Under the pieces are notes generated by a model. The model saw only the letters and a program-made list of their open reading frames with translations. It did not search any database and was not told the DNA's origin. Of a DNA stretch of 64,000 nucleotides, positions 38,855 through 52,439 are shown in pieces. The translations under genes and the position numbers were made by a program. Origin of the DNA: Lama guanicoe (lineage: Eukaryota); assembly GCA_013239625.1 (NCBI GenBank), contig MU054001.1, forward strand, positions 4,628,167 to 4,692,166, read 5' to 3'. Positions within the stretch are counted from its first letter, which is position 1, and the number at the start of each line of letters is the position of its first letter.

Positions 38855-39800
38855 GGGGAGGTGACAGTTCCTTAAAACAGATTTATACTCTTGGATGACT
38901 TTATGGGGTTTTGCCTTATAAAAACCCAAGAGTTGACATTCTGATTTATCTACTCCTGAGTCAACAGGATGTACCAGATTTAGAGAGATCAAATGCATTG
39001 TAATGTTCGTGGTTCCAGTTGTGGATTAGATGAGCTATTATGGAAAGTGCTGCCAAGTAAATATGGCAAAAAAAAAGCAAAAAAAGAACAATAAAATAAC
39101 CAAGGGGATAATTTAAATATGTCATTAAATTGTGTGTTAAGTAAAGTAGCACAGGCGTGGAGCTGAATGTAACTTATCTGGAGAGCTGGCGTAGCAGATA
39201 AAGCAGGAATTACGGTTCTTTTTTCCCCCCCTTCAAAACACTTTTTTATTTATTATTATTAAGGGAAGAGACCGTGAACTAGGCATTTCAGAGACAGGTG
39301 CTTGACTGTGTAACCATGGTTGTGGGATGACTTATAATATCGAAGGCTCCAAATGATATTTCTCATTTCTTTGCTTTCTATTTCTTGCCGTCGCCACAGC
39401 AGCGGATCAGATTTCCTGAGATAAATATGCTGGCTGCCTTTTAATGGGATTTCTGTATTGCCGGGAGTTGGCATATTCTGATAATAAAAGAACCTAAAAA
39501 TTGTACATCCCTTAATTGGTAAGAAGAGAGATGTTTTGATGGGCCACAAATGGAAACATTGATTTTTACTGCCTCCGCGCAGTTCCAAGCAGCGTGTCAT
39601 GCCACGTTCCCCGCCTCGGAAGGCGGCAGCTGGCTCTCCGGTGAGCTGATTTGTGTTCGTAGGTTCTTGAGGTCGGGTGCTTGGAAGTGCGTGTTCTGTG
39701 CAGACAGGAGAAACAGACCCCTTATAACATTATCTGTTTCTAAATTGAAATATTTATGGGACTGTGGCTTCCACCTTGAACTGAATGCATTCTTGGCTTC
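38855..39800. promoter_or_regulatory. Candidate conserved non-coding element / enhancer
   Basis: AT-rich, repeat-free block with TGACAG, TTTATGG, TGATTTAT and TGAGTCA, followed by a CpG-retaining segment. Conservation not tested. Confidence 0.5.
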
Positions 39801-41187
39801 GTTTCTCTTTCTGGCTTTGGCGACCAGTCCTCGGGGATTTAAAGGTTGTGTGCTGAAGCCTTTTTCTGTAACTGGGATGTTATGGGCAATACACAGGTGC
39901 ATACACACACCTTGCCTATGCATTCATGTTTGCATCAACATCTTTACACACAACAGAGATTTTTATCTTTAGTTTAAATTGGTGCTAGTTTCTGCATGGG
40001 TACATCTGTTTTCCAGGACAGACTGTGGGAAGAGACAACACATGCTTTGATTTTTCCAGTCTGAGTCTCTGTATTTTAATGGGCAGCTTTAATCCACTGA
40101 CATTTATTGGGATTACTGATATGTTCTGTGTATTGTATTTACCATGCTTTTTTTGCACTTGGCTTTACAAGTTTTTGATGTGTCCTATTAATCGCTCAGA
40201 TTGAGGCTGTGCTCCATTTCCCCCAGCTGTGCGGGGAAATGCACTAGGCAAGAGTCAGGATGTCGAGGTAAACATCTGTAGGGTGCTGGGGATGTTGCAT
40301 CCTCCTGGCCAGATGCCAGGTGCCTTACCTGTGAAATGGGAATAACAAAGCTGTCCCTCTCCACGGGCAGGGGGCAGGACCACATGGTCGCTTGAGTGAA
40401 ATGGGGCTACGTGTATGTATTTGTGGCTTTGAAAATGCACAGAACGCTATGCAAAGACAAGGCCTTGTTATCATGGCTATTAGCTCACTTTTCTGTGCGG
40501 TTTAGCCACTTGTCTGTGCAGTGCTAAGGGCAGAACAGGTATTTTGTTTTAAAGAAGTTGGCCGAATGATTCCAAGGCTGGTTCTCACTGTCTAGGCTGA
40601 TACTAGGGCACAAGTGAGGACTCAGGTGTATTTTAAGCAGCGGTTTGACAGTCAGTAGTCCTGTAAACACCCATGCTTCCTTGATTCCAGAATCAGGACA
40701 TCTTTGCAAAGAACTGAGCCAACATCGCCACTGTGGGAGGCGTGTTGTGTGGAAGGTGAACCTGGCTAGGAGACCTCTCAGCTCTGAACTGCAAGGCTTT
40801 AGGGGAAACTGAAAGTTTAGGTGCATTAGGAATGGCTGATGGAAACTCTGCACAAGTGTGTAAGAGAATTAGGTTTTTAGGAGACAGAACGCTAAGGCAT
40901 TTTCACCTCCCTGGTGAGTCACGACCCCCAGCATCCATGCGCAGAGGAAAGATGACAGGAAATCCCTCTAGAAGATTTGCACCAAGAATTAAATAATCTA
41001 GCTGAGAATTATGAAACCGCATGCTACAAAAAAAACCCCATATATTAATATACTGAGAGGTGTCAAAAATAATGGACCCTGGGAGGTAGAGTAATTAAAT
41101 GTATCTTAATAAATGCGGGGCAATTCTTTTAAAATCCTTTCCCAAGACCCCGTCAGCTGACGTGGACTGTATTCTTCCTGTTGGCAG

Positions 41188-41388
41188 GAGGCCTAGAAGG
41201 AGAGCCGGAGTGTGATCGAAAAACCAGCCGTGCGCTGGAAGACAGGAACAGCGTGACAAGTCAAGAGGAGAGAAATGAGGACGATGAAGACATGGAGGAT
41301 GAGTCAATTTACACCTGCGATCACTGTCAGCAGGACTTCGAGTCTCTGGCAGACCTGACAGACCACCGGGCCCACCGCTGTCCTGGAG
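41188..41388 (+). CDS. ZNF423: Internal coding exon of zinc finger protein 423 (exon 3 in common numbering): acidic N-terminal region plus atypical zinc finger 1
   Basis: Translation (G)[66 protein letters not shown] matches the mammalian ZNF423 N-terminus as I recall it. Acceptor ttcttcctgttggcAG ends at 41187 and donor GAG|GTAATG starts at 41389. Length 201 bp, phase 1 at both ends. Candidate branch point CTGAC at 41157-41161. Confidence 0.96.
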
Positions 41389-44300
41389 GTAATGCTAAAT
41401 AGCACCGGGATTCTGACAGGTGGTTACACGGATAATTGGACATAGCAACAGCTTGAAGCCTCAAGTGAGATTAAAGAATTAATAATGTAATTTTACAGTT
41501 AATGTCATTTTATTGTGGTGTCTTGGGTACCCTTTTAAACAAAATTAAAAATAAAAGCAACAGCTTTCCGGCAGGCAGGAGTTAGGTGGAGGTGCCCTGT
41601 TCTTGCTCCCCCAAACTGCAGTCTATAGCATGTGGGCCATAAGTGGGTAGGTCTGCACCCTGGATTTCTGGAAGGCCTTTTGGAATCCCAGCAATTAAGA
41701 GGTTATTAGTGCAAAGTTAAGCAGCTTAAGTGTGGAAAGCTGCATGAAGGAGTGAGCTCCGAGGCAGGGTGTGTAATGGGACAGGGAGGACTTCAAAGAC
41801 CAAGAGGAATGTGTGCAGAAAGGGACCCGGTTCCACCTCTGCACCTGTCCTCCTGCTTCTGTGGGTAGGAGAAGTGTGGCTGGGAGCAGTTTCTGCTAGA
41901 CCTGACTGTTGCCAGAGAGGGTGGGCAAGGCTGCAGTTTATAGAAATGATTTAAGACTTCATGAGTTATGTGTGTCTGTGTGTCTGGGATACGTGGGGTG
42001 TGTGGGGTGGAGGGATGGGGGGGCATGTGTATTCCCTGGAGTATGGTAGCCATGCTACATGGGTAGGTTGACATGTTTCCAGGCTCTGAGCAGAGAGTCC
42101 AGAGCATCCTTGTTCCTTACACAGCTATCTGAGACATCTCCGTCCATTGTGGTTGTTGGTGAAATCCTTTGGATGCTAGTTTGTGGGGAGAGAGCCTAAA
42201 ATCTCAGACCAGTATTCTAAAGAGGACCTGACATCTGTTTTGGAGGAAAATTTGCTGGTAGGAGATAGGTGGGGACTCAGACTCTTGCTTCTTCTGCCTT
42301 TCATGCCATCTTGGAAGTTTAAAAGTCAAGTGTTTGGGGAACTTTACTATGACTTTTCCTCTAGTGACATCTGTACCCGCATAGCCCTGGCTAGTCCAAG
42401 TCCTCATGCTCCACCTCTAGAGGGAATTGATACCCAAAACAATAGACCCAGGAGGACTCTTACAGTTTTGCACTTTTGGGGGGCTCAGCAAACCAAACCT
42501 CAGTCATTTGGGATTTGTGATATTTCAATCATAGGCAGAGGCAATGGCCAGTTTGTAAGTTTAGAGTCAGTATTGGAAGGGACCTATGGGATTGGCTTTT
42601 CCAGCCCTCTTATTTCCTGGTGGGAAGTACTGAGGCATTGAGAGGGAAAGGTGACTGCTGAACCAAGGTCACATAGTGATTTGGTGATGGAGCTTTGTCA
42701 GGACCCTGGGCTATGGTCCCTCGTTCTGAGAAAACAGCAGATGTTGCATAGTTCTTGATTTAGCCAAGAACTGAGGTGAAATCTTAACTATAAGAGAATG
42801 AGATATTGTCACTTACTTTAAAAACAGTTAATTGACTTTCTCATTAAAAGCTATTCTCTTTATTCTCTAAATGTGAAAGAACACACTGTGCTTGTCTAGT
42901 CGGTAAAGCAGGGCCCCCCAGGACCGCTGCTAAGTGATGCTTTGTTGCGTCCCTGCAGCTCTTGGAGTGAGTGGGGTCCCACCTCTGGCACTACTCAGGC
43001 TGTCCCTTCTTCCAGTTCCTCAGAATGGAGGAGATTCTTCTGTCTCTTATGGCACTTTTGAGAATGGTGGTATTTCTAGGTGGAGAAGGGAATATGTGAG
43101 ACTTTGGGGCTGTAGGTAGGGATCTGTGTGGAAAGAAGAAACTGCAGCTAATTGTGCTTCAGTCCTGGGCAGGAAACCCTTCCCAGTGGTCGTCTCTTCT
43201 CCACACACCCTCAGACTTCGGCTGAACTCATGGCAGCCCCATTTGCAGAGTCTCCAGCCATCCTTATCGACACTGGTGGTATTCACTGATTCCCCTGCCT
43301 GCTTCCTTACAGGACCCCACTAACAGCCTCCATTGGGATGTGGGGGCCAGGAATACCTCCAAACCCTGGCGCATTGGAAGGGAGTCATAGATTCCTTGAA
43401 AGAGTATAAGAAATGACCTCGCCTCTCTTAGACGGCTAGCATCCCTGAGAAATTCATTACCACCCGTGAAGGTGTGGCACAGTCTGGGCAAGTCCCCCTA
43501 CCGTGGAAGCGGTATGTGAGGACTTCCTTTCCCCCGGTTCTGAGGATTACCCAGGGACGGGATAAACCACCAGGAATTGTGGGCATATCAGTCAAAACAG
43601 GCTCCTACCTGGATGCCTCCGCACCATTGGATTGTGCAGTGGTTTTTCAAACCGTGTCCCCAGAGGTGTCTCTGGGACTATCGGGGGTGTTTATCAGGCT
43701 GGTTCGATGGAGGGGGCTCTGACACCTAGAGCTGTCCCCTTAAAAAGGCTGTTTTATACATTGGGCTTTAGCATAAGATGTTCAGAAATTGGCTTCTGCT
43801 TTAAAAGTTTGGAACTGGTGCAAAAATGCAACAGCAGGACCTCTGGGTCTGTTGGGCGCTCATCGTTGGTCACCTGGTCGCAGCGTCGGGACCACGCAGG
43901 TGGGTGTCACTGCCTCGTGGAGTGACACTCTGGAGGGAAAGGTGGACACGAGACAGACCCACAGAGACCATTTCAGAGAGGGACTTCAGAGAGGGCCCCG
44001 CTCAGCTGAGCCGGGAGGGTTCCGTATGCTTGGCAGGTACGTTTCTGAAGGAACAAGTGAGTCTTGTTAACAGGGAAGGTGGGGCTTCCCTGCTGTTCAG
44101 GATTTGGGGCCCGAGGGCAGCGGCACCGGCACCGGTCAGTCGGAATCTGGCTTTGGGTGGGAACAATGCTCGCCCCCTGCAGAGGGCGGCCACCCCTAGA
44201 ATATGGACGCAGCACACCCTTCCCCAAGCAGGTGCGTCCGGGAAGCTCAGCCCTTCCAGGTGGTCAGTGTGTTGGGAAGAGGCTGTGTGGAGGGGGCGGA

Positions 44301-47289
44301 TGTTTTGGGGGGGCATCATCTCGAATGTGGTCCTTTTTAAAACTGCTCCAGCTCTGGGCTCCTTCTATGGCAGTTGAGGTGGGGGTGGGGGGCTGACTTG
44401 TTCCATCAAAATCAGGGAGAGTGCTGTGAGGTCTGGAGATTTTCTGAGGTGGGGATGCTCTTCACAGAAAGGACAGCATACCACAAGAATGGTTGTGATG
44501 GCATTCTTAAGAAGCCCCCCATCCCCGCCTGGAGCTGGGGCTGTCTGCCTTGAAGAATCCTCATTTCCAGAGGTTTCGTTGGCCCTCAGCAAAAGTGGTG
44601 ATGCTGCTTCCAGGAGGGGTTGTTGAAGCATGGACTTCGAGAACTCAAGACAACTCCATTAAGACCTGCTCATATTTCTCTCTCTCCCTCCCTCCCTCCC
44701 TCTCTCTGTCACACACTGTCTCTCATTCGTGTCTACAGAGAAACCGACCTTAAACCCACAAGGCATCAGACGTTGCATCTTTATGACACAAAATGAAACA
44801 AGCAAAGATTCAGTCCTCTCTGCTGATGCTCCCGCCCCCACCAGCTGTTTGATTTCTCTTTGTTCCCCTCCAGCCCCTGCCCACAGGATAACAAATGTTT
44901 ACACGCCTGGAGTCGTGGGCACTTACCATCTTGTGTTTGGCATTTGTTGTTCAACATTTTCTGCGTGGATCCCCACGTTGAGACGTGGTCTTCTCCGTTA
45001 CCCTCTTTGGGGGGGCCCTCTTTCTTAAAGCAGCAGTGCTCGAGTGGGTAATTCTGGGTCCATATACCATAAAAACAGCACATGTAGACCAAGGTGCCGG
45101 TAGATTTAAGATTTTTGCAGCAGAGTAGATAAAGGCTGCCTTGATGTGTGATGGGCTTGTCTGTTCGTGATGGAGCATCGTTTGTGGATACCAAGTGGGG
45201 AAATGGTCAGAGCACTGGGCGGCTTTCTGGACTGATGATAAAGTCCCCATTCATTTTGGTCCCAACAACTCGAATAACGTTGGAAACGGGGAGTGAACTG
45301 AAGTTTACATTGGTGCAATCTATGCAGGATTGGCCAAACCTGTTTGGGCCCTATAAATGATTGCAGGGGGTGTTTTCCATTACTTTCTAGGAGCCAGGAG
45401 GGTGTCAAGTGCTTTAGAAAGTATCTCTGGGAACTTCCCTGGGCACTATGGAAGCAGGCGCGAGAGGTCTGATTTACTCAGGGGCCGATTCCAATTTTTA
45501 TGTGCTCATTGAAGCAGGTCACCCATGGACCTCCAATCTGGATTCAGGTGGAATGTTTTACCACTTCCTGGTACAAAACCTACCTTTTAAGGATACTCTG
45601 TGATTTAGACTGACCTCGAGTTGGCCCGAATTAATGAGGCTGACTGCCCGAGGACGTTTGGGTGCTGGATCTACACGGTAGTGCTTTAGACCTGCCTTTC
45701 CTAACTGTTGGGAGCGGCTGTCAGCAGGGCTGTGCGGTGTGCAGACCCTGCAACACTGCGGGTCCCCAGGGCTGGAGTGCCTGGCGGCTTCTGGAGGTCC
45801 CTAACCTCTTTGCCAAAGGCACTGCTGGCATGATTTGGGGTTTTGTGATAGGTAAGGAAAGGCAGATGGAGTCTCTTTAGAAAGACTGAGGTTTCTAACT
45901 CTGGGGTCCAGGCACTTGCTCCACAAATAGAAATTGTCTTCAGGACCAGGTGGGAGCCAAAAATTGGTTTCTTCTCTCCAGGTGTCATTTCTTCATCTCC
46001 GACTCAGGCCAGGTCCTCAGTGGGCACAGAGGGGCAGCCTTGAAGTACACGGGGGCCCTGCCACCCTCCAGGGACTCTCAGGGGGCTGCAGTCCTGACAT
46101 TCTTTGTATTTTGAGTACCTGTCACGTGTCAGGCCCTGAGATCACCACCCTGGAACGTGCCCCCACAGACGACCCCATGGCTCTCTCTGCAGCCCCTGCC
46201 CCACTCAGTCCGCAGCAGTCAGTGAGCCTGTAATTATTCTGTGATTGTTTTCCATGTGTTTCTCTCCCATCTCCCCTGCTATTACCGGGCTTCGTGAAGA
46301 TAAGAGTCATGTCTGGTTTGTTCCCTATTAGGTCCTGACCCAGCACCTGACCCACAGTGGTGCTTAATACATACTTGCCGAATGAAGGAATGACCTCACC
46401 TCATCTTCACAACAATCCCAGCAGGGAGCTCCTATTTTTCATCATTCCTCCCCATTTTACACATTGGACAACTGAGGCTCAGAGTTAGGGGATCTTGCTC
46501 AAGGTTACAGAGCTTGAGCTAAGATTTGAGGTCTGTACAGCTCGTGCTAGGAACACAGGCTGGGGACAGTGAGCAGTTTCTAACTAAACTCAAGACAGAT
46601 ACAGCTTTTTTGATGGCTCAACTTAAAAAAAAAAAAAGAGGGAGGAATTTGTTCAAATAACAACAGCGAAAAATGTGCTCCCTATGGGTTAATTTCCTCA
46701 CTCCCCCTGCCTTTCCTGAGGATTGGGATGAAGGAATATTTCCCCAGCCCTTTTGAAAAGGCAGACCCTCCTTTCCTGGCGAAGGTGAAATGCTGCTGTG
46801 TAAAAAGCTGGGTGGAAAGCTAATTACACCCTGGTTTGTTCAGCTGCGGCCAGAGTGACCTGTGGGCCCTAATTACAGGGCTTGGGCTGCGTGGAGGCTG
46901 GCACCTTTGGCAGCCTTGTTCCTGTCTGCTGGCTGGCCAGAGCTTGCCTTTGTGTGCCTGCTCAGGCCCTTTCTTGCTCCAGCAGCGTGACTGGGGCCCC
47001 TCCCTGCCTTATCGCTTGGGGCGCCCCTCATACTGGTTCCATTTGGGCAAAACAGAGTGGGTGCACGGGCCAGCCGCTGGATGATGCCCTGCCAAGTGCA
47101 CAGGTGCAGGGCGCGAGTTCCTCCTGCCCGTGGGGAGCGCTCACAGAGCCTTGGTGTCAGCCGGCATCTCGCAGTGCAAAAGGCCTGGGGGCTCAAGCAC
47201 AATTAATATCCCCACATCAAGACCCTTCCTGCATGCAAACAACGTCCGCTCAGAAAATGTGGAGTTGAAAAAAAAAAAAGCCTGCTTAC

Positions 47290-48080
47290 CTTAGCCACAC
47301 AATGTATAGGACCAGGAACAAACCCAGGAAGCAACATTCAAATATTTGGAGAGGACAGACAAACAGAGTCAACCACTAGGGGCACAAAGGGACTTAAATG
47401 AATGAAAAGGCAGACCTTGTTCTTGAGTGGAAAGACTTCTATATCAGAAATACATCAATTTCTCTTATTAACCCATTAACTTAATACTAGCCAATGAAAG
47501 TGACAGTAGGATTTATTTAGAAATGGGCAAGCTGATTCTAAAGTTCCTAAGGAAAAATAGGCAGGCAAGGGTGGGAAGGAAAATTCAAAAAAAAGAGGAA
47601 TGATGGGCAGGCCTGGTAACTAGATCAGATTTTAAAACACGTTCTGAAGCTGTAGGATTCTAAGCATTGTGGGATGAGGGAAATGGAAAAGAGATCAGGA
47701 GTGGACCTGAATGAAGCTGGGAACTTAGCGTATGAGAAAGGTGTCATTGCAGGTCAGTGGAGGACAGAAAGATCGCCCAGCACTTGGGACTGGGGTGGAG
47801 TGGTGGCCATCCTGAAAAAGGAAGCTGGATCCCTCGTGCCTCCTGACGCCAGAACAAATCCCAGATGGATCAGAAATCTAAACATAAAAAGGAAACTTAA
47901 AAATACTGAAAGAAAACATAAGTGAGTATTAAAAAAAAATAGTATCAGAGTGGGGAAGCCTTTTCTAAATATAACCCTAAACCCAAAAGCCATAAAACAA
48001 AAGACAGAAATATTCAACTACATAAAAATAAAACACTTCTGCATTGCCAAAACTGCAGTAAATCAAACTGAAGACACACA
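47290..48080 (+). mobile_element. Ancient degenerate L1 ORF2 fragment
   Basis: A-rich. Contains gacttaaatgaatgaaaaggcagaccttgttcttgagtggaaagact, caagctgattctaaagttc and aaatcccagatggatcagaaatctaaacataaaa. Residual peptides resemble ORF2 (NPRWIRNLNIK; FNYIKIKHFCIAK). Confidence 0.75.
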
Positions 48081-48864
48081 TCACAGGCAAAAGCTCTTTC
48101 CCTTAGTGTGTAAGGAGTGCCCACCAACACTGAGAACGTACCCAGTAAGTCAGCAGAGGAGCGGGACGAAGGCCTGTCTGCCCGAAGCCAGCGCCCGCTC
48201 AGATTGGTCGGTGCCACACTAGTCTTTAGATATTTTTTAATATCTCCCACATGCACAGGACAGAAATGGAACCAGATGAAGAAATTGGAGTGGGATTTTA
48301 AACAGTGAGGAAGGTTCAGAACCTGCTTTATCATTCAGAGAACTGTCCATTTAAACCGCAGGAAGGCCCCACTCTTGGCATACCAGATTGGCCAAGACCA
48401 AAGTGCTCGCCAGCCTGTCGCGCTGGTGAGGACGTGCATCCTTGACGCCGAGGCTTGGGGTGCTGTTCTCCCCTCTGTCCCAAGGGCTGCATTGGCCTGT
48501 GGCTGGAACACGTAGGTGCTCGATAAATATTTGATGAGCTTGTCCCTGGAGGAGGCAGCCCCTGAGAGGGAAGGAGGTGGCTGCAGTAAGGTAGATGGTG
48601 GCAATGCCGTGAGTGAGGGGCTCTGAGGTATGAGATGGCAAAATAAAAGCTCCAGGAAGCGTGCCTGGACATAGGAGGTCTTCAGTTAATGTGTAATCAG
48701 AAGAGGGTGGTAGAGAAGGAAGGGATGGTTTATCTGTTCAGCAAATATTTATCAAGTGTGTGCTATGTGTGAGGACCCTTCTGGGTGCTAGGGGTGTGGA
48801 AACTGCTTATTTAAATAAACGTTGATTCTTTGCAGAAGGCGCTCACTTCACAAAAGCGTTCTTT

Positions 48865-48990
48865 TTTGATTTTGCGGGGTGAGGCAATTATTTATTTATT
48901 TATTTATTTTTAATGGAGGTACTGCGGATTGAACCCAGGCCCTCGTGCGTGCTAGGCATGCCCTCTACCACTGAGCTATACCCTCCCCAG
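48865..48990 (-). mobile_element. Camelid tRNA-derived SINE (Vic-1-like) with 14-bp TSD
   Basis: (TTTA)n...ggattgaacccagg...ctaccactgagctataccctcccc. TSD CAAAAGC(G/A)TTCTTT at 48851-48864 and 48991-49004. Confidence 0.9.
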
Positions 48991-51900
48991 CAAAAGCATT
49001 CTTTGATTTGTAAGATGAAGGGCCGGGATGCCCTTCGAATAGCTGCCTTCCCCAGTGCCTTCCAGAGGTGTTTCCATGTACAGAGATGTCACTCCCCACA
49101 ACTGTTCGGGAAGATGCTGACTCTGTGTGTCCACCTGCTAGCTCATTGCCATTTGGGAGGGTGGGTGACTGGCCAGCCTGGGTCTGTCTGGCAGTTGGTG
49201 AGAGTGGAACCTTCCCTAAATTGTCTGCTCCCTGGCCTCTGTGCTTGGGGCTGTGGTTCTATCCGGGCGGCTGTGCTCCGGCTTCTGGTAGTGCTGTGGA
49301 GGAGAGCTGTTTCTCAGATGCTGGTGAAACATGCAGGTTTACGGAATGCGTCCCCCTTGCCTTGATTATGTAGAGCAAGTGCTGCTATCGCACGGTTGTG
49401 CCTGTGGGTCTTTCCAAAATCAGATACCAAATCGAAGGCAGGGGTCAAGGTGGGAAGAACCCACATTTCTTTTGTTTTCCATGGGAAAATAAGTGTCTCT
49501 GTGTAAACCCTGGGGTTTCTCCAAAAGGAGGGACTCTTTTACTTTCTTCCCACGCGGCCAGCCGGACCACCATGCTGGTTTTCTGAACCGTTGTGCCCAA
49601 GGGTAGGCCAGGGTGGAATCCAGGTGTGGTTCCTGACCCAGGAGTGTTTCTACGCAACATCCCTGGGCTGAGCCTCGGTGAGTGGACCCTGGAGATGCTC
49701 TGGGGGAGTGGGGGGGATTGAACTGTCCTTCCCACGCTGGACCCTGGTTTCTGCACCTTTCCTGGCAGCAGCCAAAGCTTCTGTTGGCTTCCTGTTGTTG
49801 GGTCCAGAATATACACCCACCAGGACCTCAAGGTCCTTGGAAGAAAAGGAAATCCTACACTGGCCCTCAGGCTGGGTGCTTGTGTATTCCTGGTGTGGTC
49901 TGAGTCCTGCCTGCTGTCATCCATTGCACTTAGAAGATTCCATAGGGTACATGTCTCTTCAGCAAATAGTGCTCCCGTACCTACTATATGCCCAGGGCTG
50001 TGTGTGTGCGCGTGCGCGAGTGTGAGAGAACCTGTCAACGAGGCACGTGCAGTCTAGCTGAGAGATGAAGTCGCCATGATCCTTTGGGCTGCCTGGCACA
50101 TAGTAGGTCCTCAGTTAATGTTCAGTCTACATAGACTCAATTCAAACTGATAAGCAGATAAAAGAAGACTCATTGGTTCAAGGAACTGAGAAGTAAGGCT
50201 GGTTTCAAGCTTGGTCCCGCAGGGACATGCCCCAGGGCTATCTCCACAAAGCCCATCACCGTGTGTGGACATGTGTCTCTTACCTCTGGGCTTCCACCTT
50301 CCCAACTCAGCCTCACCCAGAGAAAGAGCAGACTCTTTCTAATCCTGAGGCTGAGTTCTGGTGGAGCAACCATGACCAAGACTTACCCTCTGAAGGCATC
50401 ACTGTGGCCAGGGGGAGAAAGACATGCAAGCAGGAGGGAATTACATGCAGGCACCCATGAGGCAGTAAAATACTTTAATCAAATGCCAGATTGCTGGGTA
50501 TTGATGATCAAGTCTATTCACTGTGCTTTGATAGCATCCAGTCATCTCATCCCAGAATTTTAAAGAAGCAGATTTTTCCAAAGATCATCTAGCTCAGCAG
50601 TTTCCAGCCTTGTCCTCAAACCCTCATACTCCACTGCAGCCAGTATCTAAAGCAGATAAATGCACAGTGCTCTGTTAAGGAGCCTACTTGCCCACTAACC
50701 CCCTCATGCCCTCTCCAACCTCCTCTTCAGAAGCCCTGGGTAGTCTGAAAGCACTGATTGGGCTGGGCTCTGTAGCAAGGGGGACTGACTGGTCCAGGGT
50801 CACCGGGGAGGTGGTGGCTTGGCTGCTGGCCCCAGGGGATATCTGATAGTAAAGCCCCCAGGCTGGACAGAGGACTGGTGCTGGCTGCTGGTCACTCACA
50901 TGTTCTCTGATGGGTGGCCCTTTGTGCAGGTCCTGCTGGCTCATTGACTGACTGTCTGCAGGGGCAGCCCCCATCAAGCTGACCACATCTGAGTTCTCCA
51001 GACTCAGAAACTTCACTCCATTTGGACTCGACTTTTTCTTTGTTTGTCTCGTGTGGAGAAGTGCCTTTGGCCCTTGTTACAAACTTCGTAGAAGTTATGC
51101 CCCCATTTTGGGGGTCCCCCAGAAGCCAGCCCAGACTCCCATCCCCGAACTTCTACCTCTTGGTCCTTTGAGGGCAGAGCTCTGGGAGAGAGGCGCGCCA
51201 TGCCCTGGTGGCATCCACCGGCTACTGGGCCTCCCTGGGCACCGTGGGCAGGCCTGGGGCCAGGCTGGAGAGGCAGCTGTGACGTCAGTCTGCTGTGCTG
51301 TGTGTCTGCAGCCGCATTCTGGGATACCCGGTGTTACCACAAGTCACACCATCCGCCAGCGTCAGGGGCAAAGAGGGGTGCAGCCGAGTATTCCAGAGTC
51401 TCAATAACAAGATATTTTCTTTATTCTGTAGGTATTTCAGTAATAAATTCTTGCCCCCATTGTGTCCATGTAAAGCTCCAAATCTCAGTGTCACCGGGCA
51501 AACTCAGGAACAGTGTTGTGGAGCTTCTGTCAAGAGTCACAGCTCCTCCTTGCCCATCAGGAGCCACAGTTTCATCAGCCCAGCGCTCCTTGCCCCTTGC
51601 TACCAGCTCTGTCACCGATGGTCACGATACACAAAGACCAAAGCCCCTCGGAGAGGCCCTGGTGCTTTTCTCCTGGAAGGGCTGGTGCTAATTCCGGATC
51701 CTGTCGGGGCATAAAGATCTGAAGATTGTGTTCCCTGAGTAATCAGTCTTGGTTACCTCCAAGGTGACGTTTGAAAAGCTTTGAGAAGAAGTGCCTGCAG
51801 GTGAAGAGAGGGGTAGCCTCCAGCTGGATCCTGACCTGGTTCGGGGGTAAAAGAGACAGCGAGGGGGGAACTGTCCTACCAGAGTCCTTTATTAGAGCTG

Positions 51901-52439
51901 AAAACTACTGATGACCTGTTCCTATGCCCCTTAGCCTACAACTCCAGGCACCAGAAAAACAAAGCCAGCTACTGGTCAAAGGGAACAGTAGCAGCCCTGA
52001 CGTGTATTCATTCATTCACAGAATGATTGTTTTAAGGATCTACTATGAGCCAGGAACTAGTCTAGACCCGGCGGGTAGAGTAGTGAGTGAAACAGACAAC
52101 CGCTCCTGCCTACCTGGAGCTTACATTTATAACACCTAGCCCTTACCCGACTTTGGCCAGGAGATTCTTAAACAGACCTGTCTGCAGTTACTTGGTTCTG
52201 CAGAACTGGTGGGTGCCCTCTGTGGTGGCGCTGTGGTGTGGCCAAGGCCCCGGTCAGCAGTGTGGGAGGGCAGGACCGGTAGCTGGTTCCTGGCCAAAAC
52301 GGTTAGTGTGCTCAGAGGCTGCGCCAGCAGGCAGGATGAGGAGACGATTGCTCTGTTCCTGGTGTTGCGGGAAAGACCACAGTTGGAGAGAGGTTCAGGG
52401 GAAGATGGAGAAGGGGAGGACTCAAAATCATGCTTACAA

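Larger units (their letters stand above)
1..41187 (+). other. ZNF423: ZNF423 intron upstream of the exon (partial)
   Basis: The preceding known exon ([20 protein letters not shown]) was not found in the window. ZNF423 is known to have very long introns here. Content is repeats plus non-coding blocks. Confidence 0.8.
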
